64,000 nucleotides of DNA from positions 16,182,001 through 16,246,000 of the forward strand of contig NC_086097.1 of NCBI RefSeq assembly GCF_963921235.1. The letters run 5' to 3'. The stretch comes from Mobula hypostoma (Eukaryota). Position numbers and translations under genes: made by a program. Within the stretch, counting starts at the first letter, position 1; each line of letters opens with the position of its first letter. Below the pieces are notes generated by a model. The model ran no database searches and was not told the origin of the DNA. It saw only the letters and a program-made list of their open reading frames with translations. Shown here piece after piece: positions 23,527 to 36,683 of the stretch.

Positions 23527-26500
23527 CAGTGGATTTAAGTTAATTGGACCATCAGACGCTAAACACTACACCATGCTTAGAGTGATCAGTTTTTAAATAG
23601 CATCAGTTGCTCGTGATTGTGTTCAAAAAAGACGTGATTAGCTGTTAACTAACTATGCCATTGAGGTGCTATAATTGTCAAAGGTTTGGACACGTGGCTA
23701 AAAACTGTAAAAGGCAGAGGAGATGTGCTAGATGTGGGGGTGATCATGAATATGGAAAGTGTGGAACAGGAGTTCAACCAAAATGCTGCAATTGTGGAGG
23801 AGCTCATAATGTTGCATATAGTGGGTGTGAGGTTGTGAGACGGGAGACTAAAATTCAAGAAATAAGACTGAAAAGAAAGATCACTTATGCAGAAGCTGTA
23901 AGAATGTCAAGAGAACAGAATAATGCTCCTAATGAACAGGGAGCAATAGGGATACGAGAGATGCAACAAAGAACAAATGACAGGATTTATGTAGACAAAA
24001 AGGCTCTAGTAACATTCATTGCAGGAGTGATTAATAGTACTGCTGAGGTAAAGTCAAAAAGTGACAAAATTCAGCTGGTGGTAAAAGCAGCAGTAAACCA
24101 TTTAGGGTTAGTAGGACTGACATGGGAGGAAGTGAGGGAGAACCTCAGTAATCAGTCAAGCCAGGAAGTGTCATGTGTTGGTTAATACTAATTATGGTGA
24201 TTCTTTTACAATGGAATGCAAGGAGCTTACTGGCCAATAGCCAGGAATTCAAGCACTTTATTAAAGAAATGGTTGTAAAACCGGATGTAGTGTGTATTCA
24301 GGAAACTTGGTTGAAACCAACTTTAGACTTTGTGGTATATGGGTATATAATGATAAGGAAAGATAGAAATCTAGGGGGAGGAGGGGGTTGTGCTATGTTA
24401 ATCAAGCAAGGTATACCGTATAGGGTACTGGAGAAAGGAGATGATCAGGAATACATAGTGGTGGAAGTGTGGGAGAGAGGGGAGGGAGTGGTTATAATTA
24501 ACTACTACAATCCATGTAAAAGGTTGGATTTGGACAGCCTATTAAAGATACAAGGACAAAACAGACATAAAGTAGTGTGGTGTGCAGATTTCAATGCTCA
24601 TAGCACAATATGGGGGGATCAGATTACAGATCCAAATGGAAAGGTAATTGAAGATTTGATGGAAGAAAGGGATTTGGTGTGTATGAATGATGGTAGCGGC
24701 ACAAGGATAGATATAACAACAGGAACTGAGTCAGTGTTAGATATTACGTTAGTGTCTAATACCTTGGCTGGCATTAGTAACTGGGGAGTTTGGACTGCTT
24801 CAACAGTAGGCAGTGATCACTACCCAGTTTTGTGTTCAGTGGGTGAAAGAGTTGAAGTAAGACCAGGTGGCGGAACCCCAAAGTGGGTGTTTGAAAAAGC
24901 TGATTGGGGTAAGTTCCAGAAGTTGAGTGAAGAAGGGTTGACAAAGATTGATATTTCTGGAAATGTAGATGAATTAAACAGTCAGGTGACTTCAGCAATT
25001 ATCATGGCAGCAGAAAGGTCTATACCTAGGAGTAAAAATAGGATGAATAGAAAACTGGTACCATGGTGGACAGAGGAATGTTGTCAGGCTGTAAAAAACA
25101 GAAATAGAGCATTCAGGCTAGTTAAAAGAACCCATAATATGCAGCATTTGGTTCAATATAAGAAAGCACAGGCAGTGGTGAGAAGAACTATACGTCAAGC
25201 TAAAAGGGCAAGTTGGAGGAGTTTTTGCGACAAAGTAGGAAGAACAACACCTGTGGGAGAGATATGAGGAATGATTAAGAGGATGGGAGGAGATAGAAGG
25301 GAATGGGAATATCCAGTAATGATATCTGAGGAGGAAACTGCAGTCTCCAGTAGGGATAAGGCTGAGGTCATGGCCAAGTCATTTGTGCTGATACACAGTT
25401 CAGAAAATTTGTCTGAAGAAAGGAGAAGAAGGAGGGAAAGATTAATGAGCCAACACCCAGGTGTGTTAAGCAGGAGGGAAGGAACAGATGATATAATTGA
25501 TGATCCATTTACATTAGCAGAAATGGTGAGAGCAATAAAGAGATCGAGACCAACCTCCCCAGGGAAAGATCTGATATGCTCTGTGATGCTAAAAAATCTA
25601 GGAGAAGGAGCGCTCTTGAAGTTGCTGCATTTTTATAACAGAGTGTGGGAGGAGGGAAGATTACCAAGTGCATGGAAAGAAGCCGTAGTAATTCTAATAA
25701 GGAAGCCTGGCAAGGATCTGTCAAAACCCACTAGCTACAGACCAATTGCATTAACATCAAGTATATGTAAGATAATGGAAAGGATGATAACAGAAAGGTT
25801 ATCATATGAGCTTGAGAAAAGGGGAATGCTGGCAAGTTATCAGAGTGGTTTTAGAAAGGGAAGGAATTCCATGGACTCGGTGATTATGTTAGAGACTGAA
25901 ATAAGGAAGGCCCAGGCAAATAGAGAGTCAGTAGTGGCAGTGTTCTTTGACATTGAAAAAGCCTATGATATGATGTGGAAGGAAGGATTATTAATTAAAC
26001 TGCATAAGATGGGGGTTGGTGGGAGAGTTTGTAATTGGATTAAAGATTTTTTGTTTGGTAGAAAAATTCAAGTTCGGATTGGATCAGAATTATCAAAACA
26101 GTACATAGTGGAAAATGGCACACCTCAAGGTAGTGTGATTAGCCCATTACTTTTCATGATTATGATCAATGATGTCTTCACAAAGGTACCAGTGGATATA
26201 GGTAGGTCACTGTTTGCGGATGATGGGGCCTTGTGGAAAAGAGGCAGGAACATGGACTATATAATCAGGAAACTACAAGAAGCAATTGATGAAGTGATGG
26301 AGTGGGGTTATGATTGGGGATGTAGATTTTCAGTAGATAAAACTCAAACTGTATTTTTTACCAGGAAAAGGGTTGAGGTAGGGAAGAAGTTAAGGATGTA
26401 TGGGGTTGAATTAGAAAGGGGTGCATCATTTAAATTTCTGGGAGTTATATTTGATTCACGATTAACATGGGCAGACCATATCAGGAAAGTTGAGGAGAAA

Positions 26501-28008
26501 TGTAAAAAAGTAATAAATGTGATGAGATGTTTGACTGGTAGGGAATGGGGAGCAAGTTGTTCAGCTTTGAAGAGAATGTATGTGGCTTTAGTAAGATCTG
26601 TATTGGATTATGGAAATATAGTATATGGATCAGCAGCTAGGTCTCTTATAAGGAAACTGGATGTGATTCAGGCTCAGGCCTTGAGAGTGTGCAGTGGGGC
26701 TTTTAAAACGTCACCAGTGTCAGCCCTACAGGTAGAAATGGGAATAATGCCTTTGGAACTAAGAAGGATGCAACTGATGGCAAACTACTGGGCTAACTTG
26801 CAGGGGCACAATGATTCTCACCCTACTAAAGGAGTGTTGCAGGAGTGCTGGGAAAATGGGAGGTTTCAGAGGGATACCTTTAGTCGGGTAGGGAATGATA
26901 TCGCGAAAGAATGTGGAGTGTTTGATCTGAGGATAAGTCCTTCAGTAGTTTATCCGGTTGTAGCTCCATAGAAGCTTGTATGGCCTGACATAGACTGGCA
27001 TTTGTTAGAGGTAAAAAGGAAAGAAAGATATAAAACAGATTTGGTAAATGCATTTAACTGTCATGTGATGGAAAAGTATAGTGATTATACTCACATTTAT
27101 ACAGATGGTGCGAAGGAACCTGAAACAGGAGTGACAGGGTTTGGGGTGGTAATACCAGCAAAAGAAATTGGAATCAGCAGAAGAACATCTAATAAGTTAG
27201 GGGTGTTTACAGTGGAGATGCTGGCAGTGTTAGTTGCATTGCAATGGGTGCAGAAAGCCAGACAAGCCAAAGCATTGATATGTTCAGATTCATCCTCAGT
27301 TCTAGCAAGTTTAAGGTCTTTTCACACAAACAGTCGGCAAGATGTACTTTATGAAGTCCTTCAGTTAGTTACAAGAATTGCAAATCAGGGAGGTCAGGTA
27401 AAATTTCTATGGGTTCCAGCACATGTAGGGGTGAAGGGGAATGAGAGGGTGGATGAGTTGGCAAAGAGGGCGTTAAAGAAAGAAAATATGGAAATGCACA
27501 TTAGTATCAGTAAAGCAGAGGTTAAGTGTGTAATCTGGGAAAAAGTCAACCGAATGTGGCAAGAAAGATGGGACAGGGAGGGGAAAGGGAGGCATTTATA
27601 TCAAATGCAAAAGAGTATTGCAGTTACTAGGGTAGGTAATGGAAACAGAAGAGAGGAAATTGTGTGGACTAGGTTAAGGCTGGGGCACTATGCATTAAAC
27701 AAAACATTGAAAATGATAGGGAAACACCAGACAGGATTGTGTGAGGAATGTCAGGAAGAGGAGTCAGTAGAACATGTAGTTCTGAGTTGCAGGAAGTATG
27801 GGATACAGAGAGAGATGATGAGAAATAAATTAAGGGAGTTGGGGATGCAGGAATTTACATTAAAAGGGTTGCTGGGCATGGGTGAGAGAGCACAAGTCCG
27901 GGTATTTCTAGCGTTTTTAAGGGGTACAGGGGTTTTTTTATAGAATATGACGAATAAACAGGAATAGGATACTAGGATGGTCAAAGATGGGAGGGTGAAG
28001 TGTAGGTT

Positions 28009-28039
<31 letters not shown>

Positions 28040-29198
28040 GTGTGTGTGATTGGGTGAAGGGATTTAGAATGTATGTCTAGTGCACATTCTGGAGCAGAGG
28101 GTGGCGGTAATGCACCATTAAGCTGGATGCCAACCGCCGTAAAACAAGAGACAGACAGACAGTTAACTAACTATAGTTGGTGAGAAATTAGCAGCAAGAC
28201 AAATTGGAACTGTTTTGCTCAATGTGGTTTCAAGCATTCAGGCTTCAAGTTCCCAGAAATAGTTTGGAGGAAATGTGAAACAATTTTGTTACTTCAACAA
28301 GTTGGGAACTGTGAAGAATTTGAAGGTATCGACAATTAACTTTTTAGTGCATTATGTGCATTAAGTGTCTGCAGTGATTTTATTCATTTACAGCCAATCA
28401 AACGAATATGGCAGCATACAATGGAGTGAATTTCCCTGTCGATAAATATTAGGAACTAATACACAGTTTTATAGTATTGTAGCAGTATTGGTAGTGTGCT
28501 AATTTGTTCTATATATCATTTAAATACTATGGATTCCAGTTAATTGGGCCATCAGTTAATCAGGTCAGTCACTTGTTTGGGACAACTTTTAAAGAACAAA
28601 AACTATAGGACACCCTTCCTATATTTGGGGTACATTCCTGCTTAGTTTGACAGGAGACTGTTGTCGAACAGTTTCTAACTAGCGTCAGATCTATGCATTT
28701 CCGTGGCTGTTAGACACTACACCGTGCTTAGAGTGAACAATTTTTAAATAACATCAGTTGTATGTGCTTCTGTTCAAAAAGCAGGGATTTTTGTCACATA
28801 GTTGGCGAGAAATAAGCAGTAAGATTTGCTTACTGCGGTATCAAGCATTCAGACTTGCAGATGCCAGAAGCAGCTGGGAGTGAAAATGAAACGATTTCAT
28901 TACTTCAACAAGTTAGAAACTCCAAAGAATTTGAAGGTATCAACAGTCATCTTGAATGTTAGAATGAAAGTGAAGATTTGGAGGATGCAGTCGTCAACAG
29001 CATTATATGAAGGCAGTCCATTATCTACACTAGTTGCTGACTTTGTTCATTTTGCTGCCATTAACGAATGATACTGCATAGTTTGTCTTTTTCATACACG
29101 TTTAATTATTTCCATGAAACTTTGGCTAATTGGAACAGCTGCTTAATTTGACCAAAATGTACTAGTCCTGATGTGTCCCAATTAATCGGAATCCACTT
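23527..29198. mobile_element. Tigger/pogo-like non-autonomous DNA transposon, partly duplicated, hosting the Nimb element
   Basis: TA-flanked TIRs cagtggatttaagttaattgg / cccaattaatcggaatccactt. A second left-TIR-like sequence lies at ~28530. Confidence 0.7.
23657..28161 (+). mobile_element. Nimb/I-clade LINE, 5'-truncated: ORF1 zinc knuckles plus ORF2 APE-RT-RNase H-CCHC
   Basis: ORF1 CYNCQRFGH..C and CARCGGDH..C. ORF2 from ATG 24194: LQWNARS, IQETW, SDH, LFADD, IYTDG, CSDS, WVPAHVG..GNE..D. Two in-frame stops (25265, 26969). (GACA)n tail; 13-bp TSD gttaactaactat (23644-56 and 28162-74). Confidence 0.93.
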
Positions 29199-30110
29199 TA
29201 TTGGAAGGCCAGCCAGGATAGAGGGGATGTTTCCTATGGTGAGGAAAGTCTAGGACCAGAGGGCACAGCCTCAGAATATTGGGACGTCTATTTAGAACAG
29301 GGATGAGGAGGAATTTCTTTAGCCAGAGGGTAATGAATCTGTGGAACACACAGAGCGCTGAGGATCTGTGGAATTAATTGCCACAGACAGCTGTGGAGTC
29401 CAAGTCATTGGATATATTTAATGCGGACCTCAATAGGTTCTTGATTAGTAAGAGTGTCAAAGGTTACAGGGAGAAGGAAAGAAAATGGAGTTGCGAGAGA
29501 TAATAAATCAGCCATGAGCAGAGCAGACTTGGTGGGCTGAATGGCCCTATATCTAATGCTTGGTGGTGAAGATGATGTTTTTAAGACAAATCTATAATAA
29601 TATCCTTAATTGAAAAATTTAAGAGTGGGGAAATTGAAGAGTTGTATTGTAGGTTCCTAAGTATGCATTTGGTGATATACAACAGATATATATGGTGATA
29701 TATAGCAGATGACAGCAAATATTTTAATGTGGCCCATTGTTTCATTACTAGACAGGTTCAAGTGTTAGCCCAAAAGGGGTGATTTTTTTTCCCTCACTTA
29801 TCTGCGGACATGTATAAAATTACTGTTATCCCAGGTCAAAATGTTTGTTTTAGGTTAATGCTATTTCATAGTAATGAGGGAAATTTAAGAGATAAAACAA
29901 GTATTAAGATGTGGAGAAAAGAGGAAGGGCAGAGAGAACAAAAGCTGGTATGTTAACAGCTGGCTGACAAAAGAATTTGAATGACCAAGGGAGTGATGGA
30001 ACTGAATGATAAAGTTTGAACAGAACATCAGTGGATAACAAGGTAGACTTAGAATTACTTTAAACGGATGTAATGTTGTAAGGGATTTGGCTAAATATCT
30101 GTTTCTGAAG

Positions 30111-30183
30111 ATGGTTGAAGGCAGCGTGGATAAAGATGACTGCATACTATGCAGTCATCTTTATCCACGCTGCCTTCAACCAT
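30111..30183. repeat. Perfect palindrome with 36-bp arms and a 1-nt spacer
   Basis: atggttgaaggcagcgtggataaagatgactgcata-c-tatgcagtcatctttatccacgctgccttcaaccat; the arms are exact reverse complements. Confidence 0.97.
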
Positions 30184-31199
30184 ACTATGCTCTCATTATC
30201 TCACAATTGACATTAAAACCAGATGGGCTTAACTTTGGTTGTTTTCGTGTGCTACTTGTGAATTTTAAATTGCCACAAGGGTGGTTGTTATTAAGTCAGG
30301 CATGGTACTATTGAGGACTATTCACCCCATTCCCATCAGTGAGCTCTGTAGAAGAGTTTAAGAACCAAGCAAAACAGTGTTCCCACAGGTGGGTGTTTGC
30401 CTGTGACTGTTACAAAAGGATGACATCATCAGCAACCAATCCACACTGAGCATTATTTTATTCGAGGCAATTGGTTTGGGGGTGGGAGTGGTGCTGTCAA
30501 TGCCATCAGATTTGCTGTTAACTCTTACTTTGCCAATTAAGATGCTAATGACTGCTTTCTGCAGCTGAAGTGTAAAGTAACTGATGGATCAGCCCTACTG
30601 TTTTCCTCATGCACAATCACTTCATTTTAAAGTAATTCTGCTAGCTTCTTCGGTTCACAGTTCTTCAACTCCACCATATTAAAATATGTAATGGACAAAA
30701 TACAGAGGGTGGTGAGAAATTTGGTCCACTGAATCATCAGCAAAGAAGCAACTAAACTGTGGAGTTTTAAAACACTGATGGTTTTTGTTTTTGAGTTCTG
30801 ATTTATTTGAGGACAATGATAATGAAAATGTACTTCCTGAGATCATGAAAAGATCTGATAAAGGAATATTACTACTTCATCTGTAGCAACGTGTAAGTTT
30901 TGTTTTGTGATATTTTTGTTTTGAATGTTGCTTTGTTCATAATGATTTGTCTTTTAGATGGATGGATGTTATGTTGTTACCAGGGCTGTTTGTTAGCATA
31001 TTTCTGCAAGTTAAATGTTATCCTCTTTTTAAACTTTGAACCTTTGGCTTCCTTCCCCTCATTTCCTCCTCCTCGTCTGGGAATGCCCCATTCCATTTGT
31101 AAAGTTCCACAATTTGCACCAAAGGGAATAGTGCACGTAGAAATTGTTTGTTAAAGGCAAATGTGATGGCTGAAGAAGATTAGTGCCACACTGCTGGAT

Positions 31200-32110
31200 A
31201 ACAGGCAGGATAGAAAAATGAGAGTCACTGGATGTTGTTTACTTGGTTTTTCAGAAGACCTTTGAGAAGGTGCCACCTGTGAGGCTTCTTAACAAGAGTC
31301 CGATGTATTACAGGAAAGATAATAGCATGGATAGAAGAATGGCTTACTAGCAGGAGGCAAAGAGTGAGAATAAAGGGGGACTTATGTTTGGCGTCAGTGA
31401 CAAGGGCTGTTCCACAAGGGTCGGAATTGGGACCGCTTCTTTTCACATTATATGTTAATGATTTGGATAATAAAATTGATGGCTTTGTGGCCATGTTTGT
31501 GGACAATACAAAGATAGGCGGAGGATCAAGTAGTATTGAGGAAGCAGTGAGTCTGGAAAAGGACTTGGACAGATTGGAAGAATGGGCAAAGAAGTAGCAG
31601 ATGGAATATAGTGTGCAGGGAAATATATTGTCATACTCTTTGGTAGAAAGCATAAAGGCGCAGACTATTTTCTAAACATGGAGAAATTCAAAAATTAGAG
31701 GTGCAAGGGGACTTGGGAGACCTTGTGCAGGATTCCCAAAGGCTAACTTGCTGGTTGAGTCGATGGTAAGGAAGGCAAATGGAATGTCAGTGAGGATCTC
31801 ATTGAAACATATTGACTATTGGAAGGCCTAGATAGAGTGGATATGGAGAGCATGTTTCCAGTAGTGGGTGAGTATAGGACCAGAGGGAAGTGACTCTATG
31901 GAATTCATTACCGGCCTGCTATGGAGGTCTAGTTATTGAGTATATTTAAAGTGGAGGTTGATGATGGGTTTCTGATTATTTAGAGTGTCAAAGGTTATGG
32001 GGAGAAGACAGGAGAATGGGATTGAGAGGGATAATAATAAACCATGATGGTAGACCATACTTGATGGGCTGAATGGCCTAATTCTGCTCCTGCGCTTTAG
32101 TGGTCTTATG
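31200..32110 (+). mobile_element. Degenerate CR1 LINE fragment
   Basis: VPQGSELGPLLFTLYVNDLD..FVDNTK and a CR1 3' UTR. Confidence 0.85.
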
Positions 32111-32499
32111 CTGTCAACAACAAGCAAGTTGTAGACATAGTTGCATGGTGATATTTTTTATTATTGGTTAACCAATTCCAATGCACATTTATGATTGAAA
32201 TTATATTGTCAGGCTTTTGACCTGAAACATTAACTTGTTTCTCTTCCCACTGATGTGGCCTGAGTTGTTTAGTATTCCCAATGTTTTCTGTTTTTATTTT
32301 AGATTTACAGCATTCCACTCTGTTATGTTATTCTCATGCAAATTACATTCTTCTGCTTTACAGTTGATGGGAAGGGTATTAATAACATGGAAAGGCAGAC
32401 AACATATTTAACATCAAAAAGGGGACGCAATTCACTTCACTGCCATTTATCCCCAGGTTACTAAATCCATGTCACCTGAAAATATATTTTATTGCCAGG

Positions 32500-32665
32500 C
32501 ATGTTAGTGCGACGCTATTATTGCTGGAGTTAACAGAGTTAGGAGTTTAATCCTGGAGTCCTCCATAGGGAGTTTATATGTCCTTCCCTTGGAATGCATG
32601 GGTTTTCTCTGGGTGCTCTGGTTTCCTCCCATCGTCCAAAGACGTACAAGTTAATTGGTTATTGG
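32500..32665 (+). mobile_element. V-SINE-like element
   Basis: Core gggttttctctgggtgctctggtttcctcccatcgtccaaagacgt. Related copies at ~44080-44260 (-), 52783-53060 (+), 62330-62525 (-), 63360-63605 (-). Confidence 0.65.
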
Positions 32666-33149
32666 TTACCATAAGACCATAAGATACAGGAGCAGAATTA
32701 GGCCATTTTGTCTCATCGAGTTTGCTCCACCACTTTATCATGACTGATCTATTTTCCTTCTCAGCCCCAATCTCCTGCCTTCTTCCTGTATCCCTTCATG
32801 CCCTGACCAGTCAAGAATCTATCGATCTCTGCCTTAAATATACCCAATGACTTGGGCTCCACAGACATCTGTGGCAACGAGTTCCACAAATTCACCCACT
32901 CTTTCTGTAACCTTTTCGCGGCCTTACAAATCAGGAACCTTTGGCCATCAGAAATGCCCACGCACCTCCCTTATCCCGGCACTGGAACAGTGGCTATATT
33001 CCTGTCAGACTACTAGGATTACCAGCTCAAAGGGCTGGAAGGACCTATTTTAATGCAGGGTTTTGTATGAGATTTTAATGCACGGTGACTTCTGCAATCC
33101 AGTACTAAAAGGGAAATACCCAGGTGTTCTGACCAATTTTTATTTTTAA

Positions 33150-33945
33150 TGATGGGCCCAACATATCAATGCAGCTACTGAGAAGGCACGACAGTGGCTA
33201 TATTTCATTACAAGTTTTAGGAGATCTGTTATGTCACTAAAAACACTCGCAAATTTCTACAGGTGTACCTTGGAGATGCACTGGCTGCATCACCATCGGT
33301 ATGGGGGGGGTGCAGGGTCAGTGGGCTACAGCACAACATCGAAGAAAGCTACAGAGAGTTGTAAAATTAGTCAGCTGCATCTTGGGCACTAGCCTCTGTC
33401 GTACCCAAGACATATTCAAGGAGCGATGCCTCAAAAAGACAGCATCTGTCATTGGGGACCCTCGTAACCCAGGTTATGCCTTGTTCTCTTTGCTACCATC
33501 AGGAAAGAGGTACAGAATTTTGAAGGCACACACTCAGTGATTCAGAAACAACTTCTTCCCCTTTCCATTCGATTTCTGAGCGGACATTGAAGCCATGAAC
33601 AATGCCTCACTACTTTTTTATTTCTATTTTTTGCACTACGCATTTAATTTAGCTATATAACCACCAGGCCATTTCATGACAGCTTCTTCCACCAGGCCAT
33701 CAGACTGATTAACTCATGCTGATTTGACTATATAGAACAGTCAATGTAGGTTATTATAAATTATAAATTACTATGATTGCACATTTAGATGGAGACATAA
33801 AGATTTCTACTCATGTATGTAAAGGATGTAAGAAATAAAGTCAATTCAAGATATGTATACTATAATTCAGTTTTTCCTCTATTATTACTATTATTATGAA
33901 TTGCATTGTACTGCTGCCGCAAAGTTAACAAATTTCATGACATAC
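33150..33945 (+). mobile_element. Rex1/L2-like LINE 3' fragments
   Basis: ORF 33301-33540 (HRRKLQRVVK..LFSLLPSGKRYR). The tail resumes after the Tigger-like insertion at ~37233-37258. Confidence 0.75.
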
Positions 33946-34013
33946 ACAGGTGTCCCCCGCTTTTCGAACGTTGGCTTTACGAAACCTCACTGTTACGAAA
34001 GACCTACATTAGT

Positions 34014-35742
34014 CATAGTCATACTTTATTGATCCTGGGGGAAATTGGTTTTCGTTACAGTTGCTCCATAAATAATAAGTAGTGATAGAACCATAAATAG
34101 TTCAATAGTAATATGTAAATTATTCCAGTAAATTATGAAATAAGTCCAGGACCAGCCTATTGGCTCAGGGTGTCTGACCCTCCAAGGGAGGAGTTGTAAA
34201 GTTTGATGGCCACAGGCAGGAATGACTTCCTATGATACTCTGTATTGCATCTCGGTGGAATGAGTCTCTGGCTGAATGTACTCCTGTGCCCAACCAGTAC
34301 ATTATGTAGTGGATGGGAGACATTGACCAAGATGGCATGCAATTTAGACAGCATCCTCTTTTCAGACACCACCATCAGAGAGTCCAGTTCCATCCCCACT
34401 ACATCACTGGCCTTACGAATGAGTTTGTTGATTCTGTTGGTGTCTGCTACCCTCAGCCTGCTGCCCCAGCACACAACAGCAAACATGATAGCACTGGCCA
34501 CCACAGACTCGTAGAACATCCTCAGCATCGTCCGGCAGATGTTAAAGGACCTCAGTCTCCTCAGGAGATGGAGACGGCTCTGACCCTTCTTGTAGACAGC
34601 CTCAGTGTTCTTTGACCGGTCCAGTTTATTGTCAATCCGTATCCCCAGGTATTTGTAATCCTCCACCATGTCCACACTGACCCCCTGGATGGAAACAGGG
34701 GTCACTGGTACCTTAGCTCTCCTCGGGTCTACCACCAGCTCCTTAGTCTTTTTCACATTAAGCTGCAGATAATTCTGCTCACACCATGTGACAAAGTTTC
34801 CTACCGTAGTCCTGTACTCGGCCTCATCTCCCTTGCTGATGCATCCAACTATGGCAGAGTCATCAGAAAACTTCTGACGATGACAAGACTCTGTGCAGTA
34901 GTTGAAGTCCGAGGTGTAAATGGTGAAGAGAAAGGGAGACAAGACAGTCCCCTGTCGAGCCCCAGTGCTGCTGATCATTCTGTCGGACACACAGTGTTGC
35001 AAGCACACGTACTGTGGTCTGCCAGTCAGGTAATCAAGAATCCATGACACCAGGGAAGCATCCACCTGCATCACTGTCAGCTTCTCCCCCAGCAGAGCAG
35101 GGCGGATGGTGTTGAACGCACTGGAGAAGTCAAAAAACATCACCCTCACAGTGCTCGCTGGCTTGTCCAGGTGGGCGTAGACACGGTTCAGCAGGTAGAC
35201 AATGGTATCCTCAACTCCTAGTCAGGGCTGGTAGGCGAACTGGAGGGGAGCTAAGTGTGGCCTGACCATAGGCCGGAGCAGCTCCAGAACAAGTCTCTCC
35301 AGGGTCTTCATGATGTGGGAGGTCAATGCCACCGGTCTGTAGTCATTGAGGCCGCTGGGGCGCGGCGTCTTCAGCACGGGGATGAGGCAGGATGTCTTCC
35401 ACAGTACAGGAACCCTCTGGAGCCTCAGACTCAGGTTGAATACATGGCGAAGTATTCCACATAGCTGAGGGGCACAGGCTTTGAGCACCCTGGTACTGAC
35501 ACCATCCGGTCCTGCAGCCCTGCTTGGGTTGAGACGTTTCAGCTGCCTTCTCACCTGTTCAGCTGTGAAGCCCACCGTGGTGGTTTCGTGTGGGGGAGGG
35601 GTATAGTCATGAGAGCAGGGTGGGGGACTGTGAGGAGGGGTAGGAGGGGAGAGTGGAATATGTGTTGGTTGGGGGCTGACAATAGATGGCTCATGTGGGG
35701 GATGGGCAGGGGCCACCCACAATGTCAAATCTGTTAAAGAAC
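34014..35742 (-). mobile_element. Young Rex1/Babar-clade LINE, 5'-truncated
   Basis: ORFs 35222-35728 and 34157-35149 (AAGPDG, DYRPVALTS, FFDFSSAFNTI, KFSDD) separated by a single stop. (ACTATG)n tail; short TSD agt. Confidence 0.92.
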
Positions 35743-36447
35743 AGTACCCTGTTTTCGCTTTCAGAAGGTGTTTTCACTGTTACAAAAAAAAATCAGCGCG
35801 CGAAAAAATCAGCACACGATAAAAGGCAGCGCGCGCCCCGAGCAGCTGCTGTCCCCCCGGATTCGGAACTGCATTCTCGCCGGCATTGCTTAAACACATG
35901 CCTGTGAGCAGTCATTTGCAAGATGAGTTCTATGGTATCAGAAAAGCCTAAAAGAGTTCGTAAGGCACAGCGTAAAACTAGACATAATTAAGCGTTTCGA
36001 TCGTGGTGAACGAAGTAAGGACAAAGTGAGTTTGGCTTGTGGAAGCTGACGAACATGATGTTGAAGAGGTTTTGGCATCCCATGAACAAGATCTGATAGA
36101 TGAAGAGCTGATGCAATTGGAAGAAAAAAGGATAACAATCAAAACCGAATGAGTAATGATAAAGTACAACCTTAATTTTGAAAGGGTATGTCGGTTTAGG
36201 GGATATTTGCAGGATGGTTTGAGTCCTTACAAAGAACTGTGTGATAGAAAAATGCACAAGGCTCAGCAGTCAAGCAAGCCTTCCACATCAGCCACAGCAG
36301 ACGACAAACCTTGACCTTCGACATCGAGGCGGGCAGAGATAGAAGATGACCTGCCTGCCCTAATGGAAATAGACAATGACAAGATGACACCCCAATGTCC
36401 TACCACCCCAACCCCCAGGCGACGGACAGATACCGATTCGTGGAGAA

Positions 36448-36683
36448 TGCAGCGGTAGCCGGGAGGCACACAGCACATCTTTAAGAAAAAAGCCAAAACA
36501 AACATGCTAATTAATTAGGTGCCGCCCGACACATAATTGTTGGCCCAGATCAGAGATGATGCAATCGGAAATCGGCACTGATCTGGACCGACAATTACGT
36601 GCCGGGCAGCACCTAATTAATTAGCATGTTTGTTTTGGCTTTTTTCTTAAAGATGTGCTGTGTGCCTCCCGGCTACTGCTGCA
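36448..36683. repeat. Long inverted repeat, ~100-bp arms
   Basis: gtagccgggaggcacacagcacatctttaagaaaaaagccaaaacaaacatgctaattaattaggtgc and its exact reverse complement; the inner arms are imperfect. Confidence 0.9.

Larger units (their letters stand above)
21225..29560 (+). mobile_element. Old CR1 LINE split by nested insertions (pieces ~21225-21551, 23058-23526, 29201-29560)
   Basis: Degenerate CR1 RT pieces rejoin across the insertions, e.g. gacaaagaaat|ggtggatgaac and gaaacctgttgaata|ttggaaggcc. Confidence 0.75.

Noticed and set aside
25265..26971. APOBEC-type G-to-A editing of the Nimb element (two apparent TGG-to-stop changes)
   Set aside because: Two events are too few, TGG-to-stop transitions are common by chance, and no consensus is available to test for a bias.
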